In this document: positions 49,991-63,540 of the stretch, piece by piece
Layout of the letters: each line of letters begins with the position of its first letter
Position numbering within the stretch: position 1 is the first letter of the stretch
DNA from: Eledone cirrhosa
Taxonomy: Eukaryota
Direction: 5' to 3'
DNA length: 64,000 bases
Assembly: GCA_964016885.1 (NCBI GenBank)
Contig: OZ024740.1
Coordinates: 364,498,001-364,562,000 of the forward strand
Notes under the pieces: generated by a model
What the model saw: the letters and a program-made list of their open reading frames with translations, nothing else
Database searches by the model: none
Told to the model about the DNA's origin: nothing
Program-made: the position numbers and the translations under genes

Positions 49991-50149
49991 ATATATATAT
50001 ATATAGTTTTACTGCTGTGTGTGTGTATATATATGTATGTATGTAAAAGGTAAACAGAAATAACAACACAACCGGTATGGTTTTACTACTGTATATGTGT
50101 ACACACACACAAATGGGTTGTTAACTAGTTGAAACAAGTAAGATCATTG

Positions 50150-50405
50150 TTCAGCTTAGTATTCAGTATTTAAGAAAGTCAGGGTAGGTGAATGCATGGG
50201 AAGATAGTCAGCTCCAAGTGGATCCAACAGAGGGGCAGCCAAACAAGTCAACACCAGTGTATGCAAAGCAATTGAGGACAAAGATAAGACAATTGGGAGT
50301 AATTGTTGAGATGCTGAAAACATCTGGGATGGAGGGTCACACCTTAACCAACTGTGTTGTAAACCAAGTAAAACAGAATGGTTGTCATACACAATCACTG
50401 GCATA
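50150..50405 (+). pseudogene. Old RTE fragment (RT N-terminal region)
   Basis: NAWED..VDPTEG and IVEMLKTSG..GHTLTNCVVNQV align with 31645-31850. Confidence 0.75.
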
Positions 50406-50439
50406 GCATCATCATCTTCATCATCAACTACTATAAAGG

Positions 50440-50900
50440 CAATAGCAATACACTTGGCAGAGGATACTACTATAGGGACATTGCAGAGGAAAACAGCTAT
50501 TGAGGGACATGAAAAGAAAGCAGTCAGTATTTCAATATCTTCTATTTCTTTGTGTTGTATGAGACAGTGGCTGGGATTGTGGCCAAAGAGACAAATTTGG
50601 AACTGGAAAACATCTGAGATTAGAAATTTATCTGTCTCAAGCAGGAAAAGTGTTATCCCATCTGTTTGCTTATCATGACAGTTGAGGCCAGCAGAGTCTA
50701 GATATGGTGGGAAGACATCCAATGCTCTGTCTGATGATGTCACTCAAGGTGGTGTATCGAGGCAGCCAACCTGCATTGTGACAACAATAGAATGGGTGTA
50801 GTTTGAACTCTTCAACCATGGCTCCACAACAGTATTTGTGGTGGCTCACACAAATGGAGGCCATGACCCCAAGTCTTATGTAAACAAAGTATTACTCTTA
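50440..50900 (-). pseudogene. Degenerate CRE-like non-LTR retrotransposon 3' end (Zn knuckle plus restriction-like endonuclease)
   Basis: ICVSHHKYCCGAMVEEFKLHPFYCCHNAGWLPRYTTLSDII, then a frameshift, RALDVFPPYLDSAGLNCHDKQTDGITLF..KFLISDV. Resembles the CCHC, RPDG and WD signature recalled for the CRE clade. Confidence 0.65.
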
Positions 50901-51557
50901 TGAAGGAGAATGAACTGAGTTAATGTAGAACAACAACACAATAGGCTTGTCATGGTTTTTGTAGTTATCCACTGGTGCAAACAAGCAAATGTAATGTCCT
51001 ATTGAGGGCGAGGTGGGGGAGCTGCATTATATTAGTAGTTTGCTATAGTTGTCAACATAGCACTACTACTACATCGCTACCATCATCTCCATTACCACTA
51101 TGATGGTGATGTCTTCTTTTACACATTTGCATGGGTTAGACAAGTCTTCTCTTCAGTTCTTTTACTGGTTCAACCATTACAATATGGCCATACTTATGGC
51201 ACCACCTTAATAGTAAATTGTATCAACTCCAGTACTTATTTTACAAGTCTGGTATATATTTTATCCACATCTTTTTTTGAACTGCTAATTTAGCAAATAA
51301 GCTAAGACACACACATGCACACACAACTGTGTGTACGTTTATCTGTTTAGTATTGACAGTTGTAAGAAAGAGTACTCAATGCCACTGTAGAGATTAATAT
51401 TTTCTTTATTAAGGCCAAGCTAGAGGTTTCTGTAATTACCAGGGCGTTGTATCAATTGATTTTGCTGATAGTGTCTCACTAAATTCTACTTATTACTATA
51501 ACCCAGAATACAGAAAAACGAAGAGGAAGAAGAGAAATGTTCCGATATGGTTTTCAC

Positions 51558-52246
51558 ATACAGCTCTGAGTTTTTCTTCCTCAGTGTATACTGATTAATG
51601 TTCAGAGCCATCCTCAACATTCTTGTGTAGCACCCATCCACCATCTGAGTGAGTTTCTTGATCAGTGTCCAAGTCTCAGACCCGTACAGCAGCACAAACT
51701 CCACTACAGCAATGAAGAGGCGGATTTTCAGGTCTTTACGAAGGTCCGACTTCCACACTGATCTCAAGCTGTAGCACGCCGCCCAGGCTTTGCTCTTGCT
51801 CTCAACCACATCATCTTCTGTATTCCCAATCTTTGCTCCCAAATACAGGAAGTCCTCAACCAATTCTAGCGGCTTCCCGCCTACATTAGTGATCCCCTCT
51901 GGCTTCTCAACATTCTCTACCAGATGTTTTGTTTTAGTCTCATTCACTGAGGATGAAAAACTCTGAGCTGTATGGGAGCCTCCCAAAAGTCAGCTCAAAA
52001 GTGACACAGAGGAGACTGAGGTTAGCAGAACATGCTCACCAACATCCAGAGTTGACACTGCACTCAGTGCTCCTGTGGGAGCCCCTACATGGACACACTG
52101 GAAGTGGAAGACCAAGGTTAACGTATGTTGATGCCGTAAGGACAGACACTGGTCTGTTGGAGACACAGGACATGGCAGCGATAATGAGGGACAGAGACCG
52201 CTGGAGAGAACTCGTTCATGGATATCGGGAGTTTTACCCGCCCTAG
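51558..52246 (+). mobile_element. RTE-type LINE family B with inverted 5' segment (51558-51946 on -)
   Basis: Minus segment NETKTK..FLYLG..LRKKNSELY; plus segment LRMKNSELYGSLPK..EFYPP*; ~28 nt duplicated. Confidence 0.9.
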
Positions 52247-52299
52247 AACAGATGGTTTCCACAAAAGTGCTCAATGTAGGGAATATTTGATGTTAGCCT

Positions 52300-52606
52300 T
52301 GGAGTTGATCAACCATTCTCTGTACAGCCCTGACTACAACCTCTTTAGACATCTGAAGAAGTATTTGTGAGATAAAAATTTTCAGACAAGTATTATCTCA
52401 AGTCAGAAGTCACTGATTTTCTTATCAAACAGGTACCTGATTTTTTCAAAAGTGCATATGATGAACTGGTATACCGGTAGAATAAACATATTGATCAAAA
52501 TTGCTCATATATTGAAAAATAATACCTATATGACTTTGTGTGTTTTTATTTCTTCATAAAATAAATGTTTTCATATATTTTCTTACTACTTATTGAATGC
52601 ACCACG
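52300..52606 (+). mobile_element. Mariner 3' remnant
   Basis: YSPD..YNLFRHLKKYL..ELVYR*NKHIDQNCSYIEK*; TIR-like ACTTATTGAATGCACCACG followed by TA. Confidence 0.75.
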
Positions 52607-55600
52607 TAATGTGTAAGTGGCTGAACATTCCTCAGACACATACTCTTAAATTAATTCTCAGGGAGATTCAACTTGACACAGTGTGGGGTAAGGCTGCCTC
52701 TTTGGATTACAGCACATTCCATTTGACAGGCTTCCAAACAGTTTCCATCTATCCAATTTTGCTGACATGGCATGGGTTGATCTGAGGTAAATGACACTTG
52801 AACAAGATTCCATGGAGTGGGATTGAACTTGGGGCTTAACTAACTATTCAGTCATGCTGAGGAATGTAGAAAGTAGCATGACTTGGAAAAAATGTAGATG
52901 TTGATGTAACTCATACTCTGGGACATCTCTCAGACATGATTACTCAGCTTTGAATGCTTATATTTATATCTTCTGATAAACAGAAAAGATTGTAAAACAT
53001 GCTCTCAAACAGATTACATAATTTTGGTTTGTAGAACACACCAGATATTGTTGAAAAGTACATAGCTGGGTTGGGGCTGGAATATAAGGCTTGGTAGTAG
53101 TATGCCAACTTTTTTTTTATAATCCGTAATCTTTCAGTGAAGAATAACAGCTAGTAATACAAGGCATAACAAAGATTGATAAAAATGGGGCTTACTGTTT
53201 TATATTCCAAGTGTGTATGTGGCTAATCTACCCCCTCTGAAAATATATAACTGATCCATTTCATAATCGGGAAGTTGTCAGCTGGCAGGGGCATCCAACT
53301 GTGAAACAAGCAACTTTGAATGTATGGATTTGTATCTAGAAAGTCCCCCTCCCATCCCAGGACACAAGTCCGGGCAAAGTTGTTTGTGGACGACCAGTCT
53401 ACCGCCCAGACCAGTCTCCTCTCTCCATGCCACTGATGTTCTCCAAGGGAAAGGCAATGGCTGATTCAGCTTGGCACCAGTGACGTTGCTACTCATTTCT
53501 ACAGCTGAGTGAACTGGAGCAACATGAAATAAAGTGCCTTGCTCAACAACATAACACATCACCCGGTCTGAGAATCAAACTCATAACCTCTCTGATTGCA
53601 AACACAATGTTCTCACCATTAAGCCATGCGCTTGTGTGATAGAGAATAATCCTTCATATGATATGTGAAAGAGAATAAAGTGGATTATTACCTCACCATA
53701 GTGCATAGTCATGTCTACTGTCTGGTGAAAGCTTTCTTAATACAATTTCTATTCATAGTTGTTTTCTGCTTGGAAGATTTCTTTACAATTGGTTCATCAA
53801 TGCCATTTACACTGTTCTTTCAATCTTTGATGGCTTTTATTTATTTATTTATTCTTATTGCTATTTGTTTAATATATATCATCTACTTTTGTATTGAGCT
53901 AATTTTAAATGTTTATTTATAAGAATACATTTCTGCTAAACTATCCTATTTACTGCTTAATTAAAATAATGTATGCTAAGATTATTTTCTTGATTAGTTA
54001 AATAACCTAAACATTGTTCATAGGAACATGTTGAAATATAATTTTGTATTGAATTGAAAAAAAAACTTGTGCTTCATTTACTGTTTAGAAAAATAATGAA
54101 CATTTTGTTAACTCTGTCATTACCATAGTTCTGTCCAATCTTTACTAGCAGGAAAAACGGATGATAATGATTTCTAATGAAAGATATTGCCTATAATTTT
54201 CAAGTAATGTTTTTGGTAATGTAACTTGCTTTCTCATTATTAAGCTGATGCTTGGAACATAACTTAACAAAGGTGCTTATATCAAATTATGATGGAAGGC
54301 TTTAAAATAAATAGCTTTAGATCATAGAACATATGGCCTAGTGGTTAGAGGGTTGGAATCATGATCATAAATTTGTGGATTCGATTACTGGATTGGACAG
54401 TACATTGTATACTTGAACAAGACACTTCATTTCACATTACTTTTCATAGTAGGTCTGGGGTTCCTATCATTAAAACACCTGAGAAACTTTCTATGTGAAA
54501 CCTTCTGTGTGAGCAGTAAATTTCATTTTTCATTCAACCAGAGATGGCAGTTTCAGGTGGTTTAGTGTGAAAAGAATTAATCCTGACCAGTAGATGTGTA
54601 AAACTAAATCTAAGATTGTCATTAGAGAGCCAATTTCAGATTGAAGGTTCTAGAAGATGCTGTAGATCAGATATGTCAAACTGAGGGTCACACACGACAA
54701 CTAATTTTTTATATTTTATATTACGGAGATAAAACATGCTTGCGCTGTAAAAACCTTTGTTTAACATGCCTACTGTAGATCAAATTTATACAGCTATAAT
54801 CCTGGGATTTGATATTATACTCAGTATTTATTTTCTACAATGTATTACTATTGTTTTGTCATTTATTCAACCCTTTTCTAACTGTATTTTTAATGACCTG
54901 CACTGATTGGGGTTTACATTAGAAGAATCATGGAAATAGAGCCAGTGATAAATGTTATGAAGAGAAATGGAGTGAGATGGTTTGGTCATCTGTTGAAGAA
55001 GGATGAAAGTGACTTGGTGAGAGGAATAGAACTAATGATAAATGTTGGGAAGTAAAATGGAGTGAGAAGGTTAGGTCATGTGTTGTGGCTGGGTGAGAAG
55101 AATGATGGAAGTAGAAGGGGTAAATCAAGTAAGACATGGCTAAAGATCATGGAAGAGGAAATGATGAAAACTCGGGTATTTGATGAAAGGGGATTCAGAT
55201 ATGCAGAAATTTGTTCATCACCCCCATCCCTCAGCAAAGTTAATCCTTGCTTTAGCAGGTAAAATAGCCCTTGTTACATTATTTTATAAATTCTGGAAGA
55301 GTGAAAGTCAAAACTAACTGAGACAGAATCTGAACTCATAACTTGAAAGAATATATCTATATTTCACCCTAAATACTCACCTTTTTTCAACTTAAATACC
55401 ACCCTATACACCACTCTATATTCCACTCTTTTTTCTCACCCTAACTACAACCCTATATACAACACTATTTTCCACCCTAGATACCACCTTATAGACCAAA
55501 CTAAATACCACCCCATATTCCACCCAGCAGTCCTTTATAATCAATCAATTCTATTCATGAATACTAGACTTGAAACTATTCTGAAATATGTTCAGCGGCT

Positions 55601-58600
55601 AGTCAGTCATTCAATGAGGATCATTTTAAATTCTAGAACAAACCTAACTTAAAATAAATTTAGGTTTTAGTGATTTGTTTTTGTTTCATGTTTTGTGTTA
55701 TTTTTCTCCATAAAATGCATAATTCATGTTGCCAAAATGGCAGCTGCCTTTCAAAGTTGCAAAACTATTCATATTCAACATGCCTGGCTTAGTTTTATTA
55801 AGTTCTGACATAATTAGCTGGCTCTCTTTTAATGAACAACATTTATGATCTGAATGTGGCCCAGAAACTGTATAGTATAATTGGTTACAGGTTGAAATAT
55901 TTCAATAGATGAATTTTCACCTGTGAAAGCTCTCCAACTAATTCTGTTTTCAGTGACAGGAAGTGACTGGGGGATGAGAGGTCCTTTTTTTATATATTGA
56001 AATTTAATTCAGGTATGCTGAAGATTATTATCTCTAACACAACCTGTATCTGAGCTGTTGACAAGTCCATTTTTTTGTGTGCAGTGTGAGCTTACAATGT
56101 TTGAAGGTAAACCTTCATATTGGTCTATATTTTTACTGATTTTATTTTATTTTATTTTATGTTGATCTTTTCATCTAATTGGGACTTATATTTCTTTTAC
56201 ATTTGTAATTATATTTTGTAAAATGACTGCAGCCTAGCAAGACAATCATCATCCTATGTTTATTTTCATGCTTATATGGGTTAGACATGCTGTCACATTA
56301 TGAGACTAGACAGGGCATGTCACCACATCTTGTCCAGGCAATCCATTTTTAGCTTGGTTTTTCTCTAGCTGGATGCCCTTTCTAATGCCAATCACCTTTC
56401 GGGGTGAACTGAGTATCTTTAATCATGTTATAAGCATGACCACCTTACAGGAGGAACTAGGTACGTATTGTTGTGGCACCAGCATGACTACCTTATAGAA
56501 TGGACTGGATGCATTTTGGTCATGACACCAGCACAATCACTTCATAGAGTGGACTGGGTGTTCTTTTGTTATCATGACACCAGTATGACCAACTTACAGT
56601 GTGAACTATGTACGTTTTTGTTGTGGCATCAGCACAGCCACCTTACAGGGTGGACTAGGTGCTTTTTTTTTGTTGTGACCAGATTAGATGTCAGTTAATT
56701 TCAATGCAACCTTCCAGCATAACAAGGTTCTACATACCTGGGTTTAAATATAAAATCATGCGGTAATATTATATAGTAAGTACAGATTAAGAAAGTACCA
56801 GTCCAGAGCAGTGGATTGGCAGAGTTTTGGACAAGATTTTTTGCAGTGTCTGTTCTGGTTCTGTGATTTCTGAGTTCAAATCCTGTCTCCTCTTGCCAGT
56901 ACTTGTGACTGGCAGACAGTATCAGCAATGGAAATATAGTTCCTTGGTCTAGTCTGATGATTGACTTCTTTCCTATTTTATTATCACTTGATGACCAAAA
57001 CTCTAATTATTCTCTTTTGTATAAATTCCTTCTTGTTTGTTTGTCTGTCTATTTGTTAAGGAAGATGTGATTGATTGATATAAAGTTCTTAACTAATTCA
57101 ATTTACTTAATATGAACATCTGGTGCCTCTGTCCACTTTTTTTTCCATTTTCCATCTCCATTGGGTACTTTCCCCAATTTTCTCAACTATTTATAATGAT
57201 CAATTATTGTTATAGACATTTACATTGGGACAACTACATTTCAAATGTCTTAATTTTTTTTTTTTGTCTCCCACAGAAATTTTCAAACAAGTTTTCTGAA
57301 CCAATTGTGTATATTAGGATATATTTACCTACTAACCAAGGCACCACCATTATCTCTCATTTTTGTAAGTAGATTGTTTTCTTCTGATTTTACTGAGATA
57401 TTTTCTGAACTAAATGATTTTAGACAAGTTATTTATCTTTTTATAATTATTTCCTTTTTAACCTTCTTGTTATCATATTTCTAATTGAAAATACTACTTA
57501 TCGTTTTCAAATCATTTTGAAAATAATTGAGAATATGAAGAGGATTTAGCAATTAATTTGGTGTTTGGAACACAACTTAACAAAGGTTATTACATACAAT
57601 TATGATGTAAGGTTTTTAGATAAATATAAACATTTTAAAATAAACACTTTTGTATCATAAATCCAAGGACAGTTCCAGGCAGTTTGGTATCAAATGATTA
57701 AGCTGGTGTTTGGAACTTAACGTAACAAATGTTATTACATAAAATTATGATGGAAGGTTTTTAGATAAATATAAACATTCTAAAATAAACCTTTTTATCA
57801 TAAAGCCAGGGGCAGTTTTAGACAGCTTGGTGTCAAAAGGGTTAAAGCAACATTAGCAAAATTTCCTGTTTAACCCTTTTTATATAAGAACTTTTATTAA
57901 GTTACAAATACCATCTTAATAATATTGAAATAATTGATAATTTTAATAAGTGCTTCCAAATTTTTCATTAATTGATTGAAATACTGTGTATTTCTTTAGA
58001 ATTATGGGCATGAAAGGGTCACAATAATATTTTCAACAAATCAATGATTTATTAAGTATGTCTGTGTTCGTCTTTTATATATTGTTAATAGCATTTAATT
58101 AATTCTGAAATTAAATCATTAGACACTAATGTTCTATCATACTGTCTCTGAGAGTTCCTGACAGGATTTAGCTAAGGATGTTTATAATAATCAACTGTGT
58201 CTCCTTAACACTTTACATTACTCTATATTTACTATTATATTTTAATGGTATAAAGGCTTTACCTCACATAATTATCTCACATAATATTGAATCTATGAGA
58301 TTTTGATATTATGTATGTTAAGAACAATACCTTAACATCAGTATGTTATAGCCGGTTTGAACAGAAAGAGGTGAGAGAATTCTGGCTGGATATGGCTGGT
58401 TTAAATGCTAAAGGGTTAAGTTATATTTTAACCCTTAACGTCCTGAACCACAATAACCCACATTCTGGAAAAGTACAAAATAACACTATGATGGTACCTC
58501 ATTAAACATTAAGGTCTATTTTAGTTTACTGAAAATGTATGCAACAATCTCTCTGCAAGTAAAAATACAATAAACGTTTGAATTAACAAATCCAATTTTA

Positions 58601-58639
58601 GGTATCTTCTTTCTGCCCTCTTGGAGGGTTGTAAAGGTA

Positions 58640-58945
58640 GAGTCCTCAAGCATGCATTAGAGCTAGTGCTCCCAGAAGCAACTGTTATCCAACCATCTTG
58701 CTCGGGGTATACCCCTTGGTCTTCTGTCTGTTGGTTTTGCCTGTAAAATTTATCCAGCGATTTAAAAAAAAATTTTTTTTTTATGAGACATCCTGACCAC
58801 ATGTCCATAGTATCAGAGTGGTGATTTCTCAATTCAGACAAGTAGTGGCCCTACCTGCAGCAACTCCCAGATCTCTATTAAGTAACATTACTCCAAAGAC
58901 CCTCCAGAGGAACCCTATTTCAGCTGCTTGAATTCGTCCCCAGTT
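58640..58945 (-). pseudogene. Old RTE C-terminal fragment
   Basis: RIQAAEIGFLWRVFG..YYGHVVRMS..LQAKPTDRRPRGIPRARWLDN. Confidence 0.75.
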
Positions 58946-59373
58946 TGCTTAGGGAATTCTCTGAATTTGAATGCAATAGTATCTGCTTACCTGCTTCATT
59001 TTTAGATATTTTCTAGAAAATCATTACAAGTTGTTAAGTGCTATGCTGGGTCATTCTATTTTTAAGGTGGGCTAGGTCATAATATTTCTAAATTTTACCA
59101 TTTTTAATTCATAGTTTTATTTACTGCACCAACAAAATGCCCAATTTTAGAAATAAATTTAATGTTGCCAAGTTCATTAGATAATAGAATTTTGCTATCA
59201 GAAAATCATGGATTACTCCAGGGGCCTCCCAAATAGTTGGTATCAACCCTCAAGCATCTATGGGACTAGCCAAAGAGGTTAGCTGAGCTTTTGTACCAAA
59301 ACCTAACATTTGAAATGATGATGCAAAAATTATAACTTGCTTATTTATGCAGGCTTCTCATTTTTATATATAA

Positions 59374-60304
59374 CTAACAGTGGTACCCGGCGTTGCATGG
59401 GATAAGGTATTTTGGAACGCGGGCCGCCAACAGACCTAATCGTGGAAAAACTGCATGCTTGGACAATATGTAAAGAAAATAAACCGAATACTCTGATGGC
59501 TGGATAATCTTTAAGATTTTCCTCGATGAAGCAGGAAAAATGCAGGTTTTCACCTAATGAGGGCTCTGAGGGATCAAGAAAATGAATTTTTTTATGTGCA
59601 TAATCTGCCGTGAAATTTCGGGAAAATCGGCTAGATGTAACGTCTCCAAAAAGCCCTAAAAAGCTGAAAAAATGAAGTTTTTCACCTAATACGGGCCATA
59701 GGCCATAAGAAAGTTGGATTTTCTTTGCTTACAGTATGAAGAAGAGACTGACTAATACATAGTTACAATTTCAAGGAAATCAGTCTGACGTAACGCCTCA
59801 AAAAAACCCCTAAAAATCTTTAAAAACGCAGTTTTTCACCTAATGCGGGCCCCAGGAGATAAAACAAAGTTGAATTATTGTATGTGCATAACACTCCCTG
59901 AAACATAAGTAATACACATGTAAAGCTTTAAAAAAATAGGTTGGGTACTTCTCGAGTTTTAGGGATTCAAACTCACACACACACACACACACACACCCTC
60001 AGGGAAGTGACGTAATGCAGACAGCCAGACATACAGACAGATATTATAAGGGCGCGACGTTATATGTATGTATCTATCTGAAAAGTGAAAGACTAAGAAT
60101 AATAGAGCGAGATCGCTAAATCGCCTATTGCGGTCCCTAGGGCATTGAAAATTTGAAATTTTCTTTGCTCAGAACACTTCCTGAAACATAAGTATTACAT
60201 GTGTAAAGTTTGAAAACAGTCGGTTTGGTGGTTCTCGAGTTTTAGGGATTCAAACTCACACACACACACACACAGACAAACATCCTCAGTTTTATATATA
60301 TAGA
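59374..60304 (-). mobile_element. Non-autonomous Helitron with internal repeats
   Basis: 5' A|TCTATATATATAAAACTGAGG at 60304; 3' hairpin CCCATGCAACGCCGGG and TTAG|T (CTAG variant). TTTTCACCTAAT units occur three times; CTCGAGTTTTAGGGATTCAAACT(CA)n occurs twice. Confidence 0.75.
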
Positions 60305-60424
60305 TTAATCTTTGTTGTCTATTTTATATTCTGTTTACTGATTTATTTATTTTCTTATTTATTTTATTTGTACATGCCTAGGGTTGATGTGGGGTCAATG
60401 ATTCTATGAACAGATTGTCTAAAA

Positions 60425-60795
60425 CAGGTTCTCAAAGTGGGTTCTCCGCCCCCCCCCCTTCCAATCCCTGCATGCTGGGTGTGGGTGAGAACGTCCAGGG
60501 GTGCTGGGACCTAAGGGGGTGATGGTGGAGAGCAGTAGAGTTGATATAATAGAATATTAAATATGAAATGATGCATATATAAATATAGTAAAATAAAAAT
60601 TATGTAATATTTATTTATTATACATAGTATATATTATATTATTTACTATATGTAAATTAACGATTTTATTTATTATATATTATTTACAATTTGCGTGTAG
60701 GCAGATCTTGCTGGAAATAGGGTTGTGAGGGGACGCTGAGGATATTACCTTCTTGTGAAGGGGAAGCGGTGGCCCAAAATGTTTGAGAACCTCTG
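60425..60795. mobile_element. hAT (Charlie-like) MITE
   Basis: Ends CAGGTTCTCAAA / TTTGAGAACCTCTG; 8-bp TSD GTCTAAAA / GTCTAAAC. Confidence 0.75.
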
Positions 60796-61599
60796 GTCTA
60801 AACATTTGTTCATTCTCACCTCACCAAATTTCTGGCCTTGTGCTTTTATTAGAAATTATTATTTAGAAGATGGTAGATTAGCTATGCTAGTACAATGGAT
60901 TAAGCCATTAAAAAAAAAGTATATTTGTTATTGTAGAGTTAGGCGAAGTGAAATTAGCTCTTGCACTTTTAACTTGTCTTTTCTCAAATAACCTACTTTC
61001 TAATGTACAAATATTTTATTACTTAACTCTTAATGCCATGTACCGCATTTGCAAGGGTTTCTTGAAAAGTATAAAACAACACTGTGAGTGTATCACATTC
61101 AAAATTAAAATCTGCAAATACTACACATTTTCACAATGCTTTGTCCACTAATATAAAATTTCAGTTAACCCTTTAGCATTTGCATTACTCTAAACTTAGT
61201 ATTGTATTTTCACAGTAAAGGCTTTACCTCACATAATTATCTCATATAGTATTGAATCTATGATTTTGATATTATTTATTTTGAGAAAAATACCTTAACA
61301 TCTGTCTGAATGGCTGGTTACAGCCAATTTGAACAGAAAGAGGTGAGAGAATTTTGGCTGGTTTAAATGCTAAAGGATCAACAAACCCAGTTTTTGATAT
61401 TTTCTGATGTTTGTGATGCATCTAAATGAAGTGTGTGTGTGTGTAGGGCGGGGGTGAGATAATCTTTTAAATCATACCTCCACCTTTTGCTCATTTTGTT
61501 CCCACTTTTTCCCACTTTCTCACCACCACAAATCATCATCATGCTTTCTTTTTTTTTTTTGTTCATCTAGGTCTTTTCCAACACAGCCTAACTCCATTC

Positions 61600-62030
61600 G
61601 TTGCATTTTTTGTGTCATATCTGGGAGAGTCAATGTTTTGAGATTAACTCTAACCACCTCTGCCCAAGTCTTCCTTTACTGCACCTTCTTCCATTTGGAT
61701 CTTTTGACACTTCTTCATCCAACGATCATCATCCATATGCATCACTTGTCCATACAAGCACAGTCTTCTCTCTTGCACAATACATTTGATTTCTTTTATA
61801 CTCAGTTTCTCTCTCAGCTCAGCTATGCTTTGCTGTTCACGCACATTAACATTACACATCCAATGGAGCATGCTCATTTTATTTCTTTTCAGCCTTCACA
61901 TATCCTCTGTATTTACCGCCCATATCTCATTGCCATTCAACATTGCATATCCTCTACATTTACCGTCCATGTCTCACTGCCATGCATCATTGCACTTCTC
62001 ATGCATGCATCATACAATCTTTCCCTAAAA
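61600..62030 (-). pseudogene. Old RTE family A-related fragment
   Basis: MLHWMCNVNVREQQSIAELREKLSIKEIKCIVQERRLCLYGQVMHM. Confidence 0.85.
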
Positions 62031-62299
62031 TAACCAAAAAGAAAAGAAGTCAGAAAACCTGAGAGCCCTGTAATTTACAGTCATTAATATTGAGACCAGG
62101 ATAGGATATAAAAACTGACTGTAATCATGTCATAATTGTTTTTCCTTCTGTTTTTCCTTCAGTAGTCAGTCTCTCTCTCCCTCTCTCTCTCCATACCCTG
62201 CCTTGTGGAAGTATTAAATTTTCCCATAGATGTTTTATATTTTAAATATATATATATATTGTGTAGTTTTTGTTTATATATATGTGCCCTCCCTGCCCA

Positions 62300-62625
62300 T
62301 TCCTCAGCACTATAATACCCCCCTCAAATTCCTCAGCTCTATAATATCCATCCCTATTCCTCACCCATATAATGTACCCTCATCCCTATAATGCACTCTC
62401 CCACTCTTCAGCACTATAAGCTTCCCCTCCACTCATCATCTCGATAATATCCACCCCCATTCCCCACCACTATAATGTCCTGCTCCATTCAGCAGCTCTA
62501 TGGTTCCCCCTCTTATTCCTCTGCTCTGTAATGCCCTTCTCCCCTTCCAATTCTTCACTTCCCCAATTTCTCAGTTTTGTAACATGGTCCCCATTCCTCA
62601 ACTCTATAATGTCTTCACCTACTCC
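62300..62625. repeat. Degenerate ~25-28 bp minisatellite (CCTCAGCACTATAAT..CCC)
   Basis: About 10 visible units. Confidence 0.75.
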
Positions 62626-63503
62626 CTCCCCCTTACACACAGGTATTGCTCAGCACTATGAAGCTATAGAGAGAAAATGTTGAGTTATCTTATTTGTGGG
62701 TTTCTTCCTCCATACTTTTTTTTTTTTTAAATTTAATTCTATTGCATCTATTTAGTTAGATAACAATTAGCTTAGAGGAAGAAGAATAATGAAACAAAAG
62801 GACACAAACCCAGCTATATTCTTTAATTGTTTCACAAGTGAAATGTTATTTTAAACCTAAACTACTCTTAAATAATATATTTAGTTTCCATTTAGAGGAG
62901 ATTTTAAAAACCCATTTTGATACCAAATTCCCTAAAACCACCTTTGGTTTTTATGGTATAAAGCTGTTTATTTTAAAGTGGTTCTTATTTAAATTTTATC
63001 CTTTCATGATGATTTTATGTAAGAATATCTTGCTAAAGTATGTTCCAAACAATCAGCTTAATGAGAAATTCTTTATTTTTTCAAAATGATTTGAAAAACA
63101 TAGGTTGTATCTTTCATTAAAAATATGGTAACAAAAGGGTTAAACCTCTTTTGTGTGCAAACTGCCTGAAACCACCGTTTGTTCTATGAAACAATGCTGT
63201 ATATTTTAGTGTTATTATTTAACTTTATCCCTTCCATCATAGTTTTATATTAGAATATTTTATTATGTTCCAAACACCAACTTAATAATGAGAGGGTTAG
63301 GGTTGGCTGTGCTCAGTACATGTATAATATTCATTATGGCTTCAAAACTATACTAATGACTCAAGGGCCAGGAGTTTCAGGACTACTAAATGCACTTTGA
63401 ATTAATTTGAATTAGTGCATGCTCCAGCATGGCCACCGTCTAGTATCCAAAACCAGTAAAAGAATAAATTGATTACTTCTACCTTCAATTTTATTTTCCT
63501 ATA

Positions 63504-63540
63504 CTAGCTGACCCCGTGCCGTCAAAATTGACGGCTAATT
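63504..63540 (-). mobile_element. Helitron 3' terminus; a similar end is at 20797-20830
   Basis: Hairpin GCCGTCAA-AA-TTGACGGC (63518-63535) about 10 nt from CTAG|T. Confidence 0.6.

Noticed and set aside
58521-58841. 106-aa ORF or exon with an apparent acceptor
   Set aside because: Another frame gives RTE C-terminal motifs, so it is a LINE fossil.
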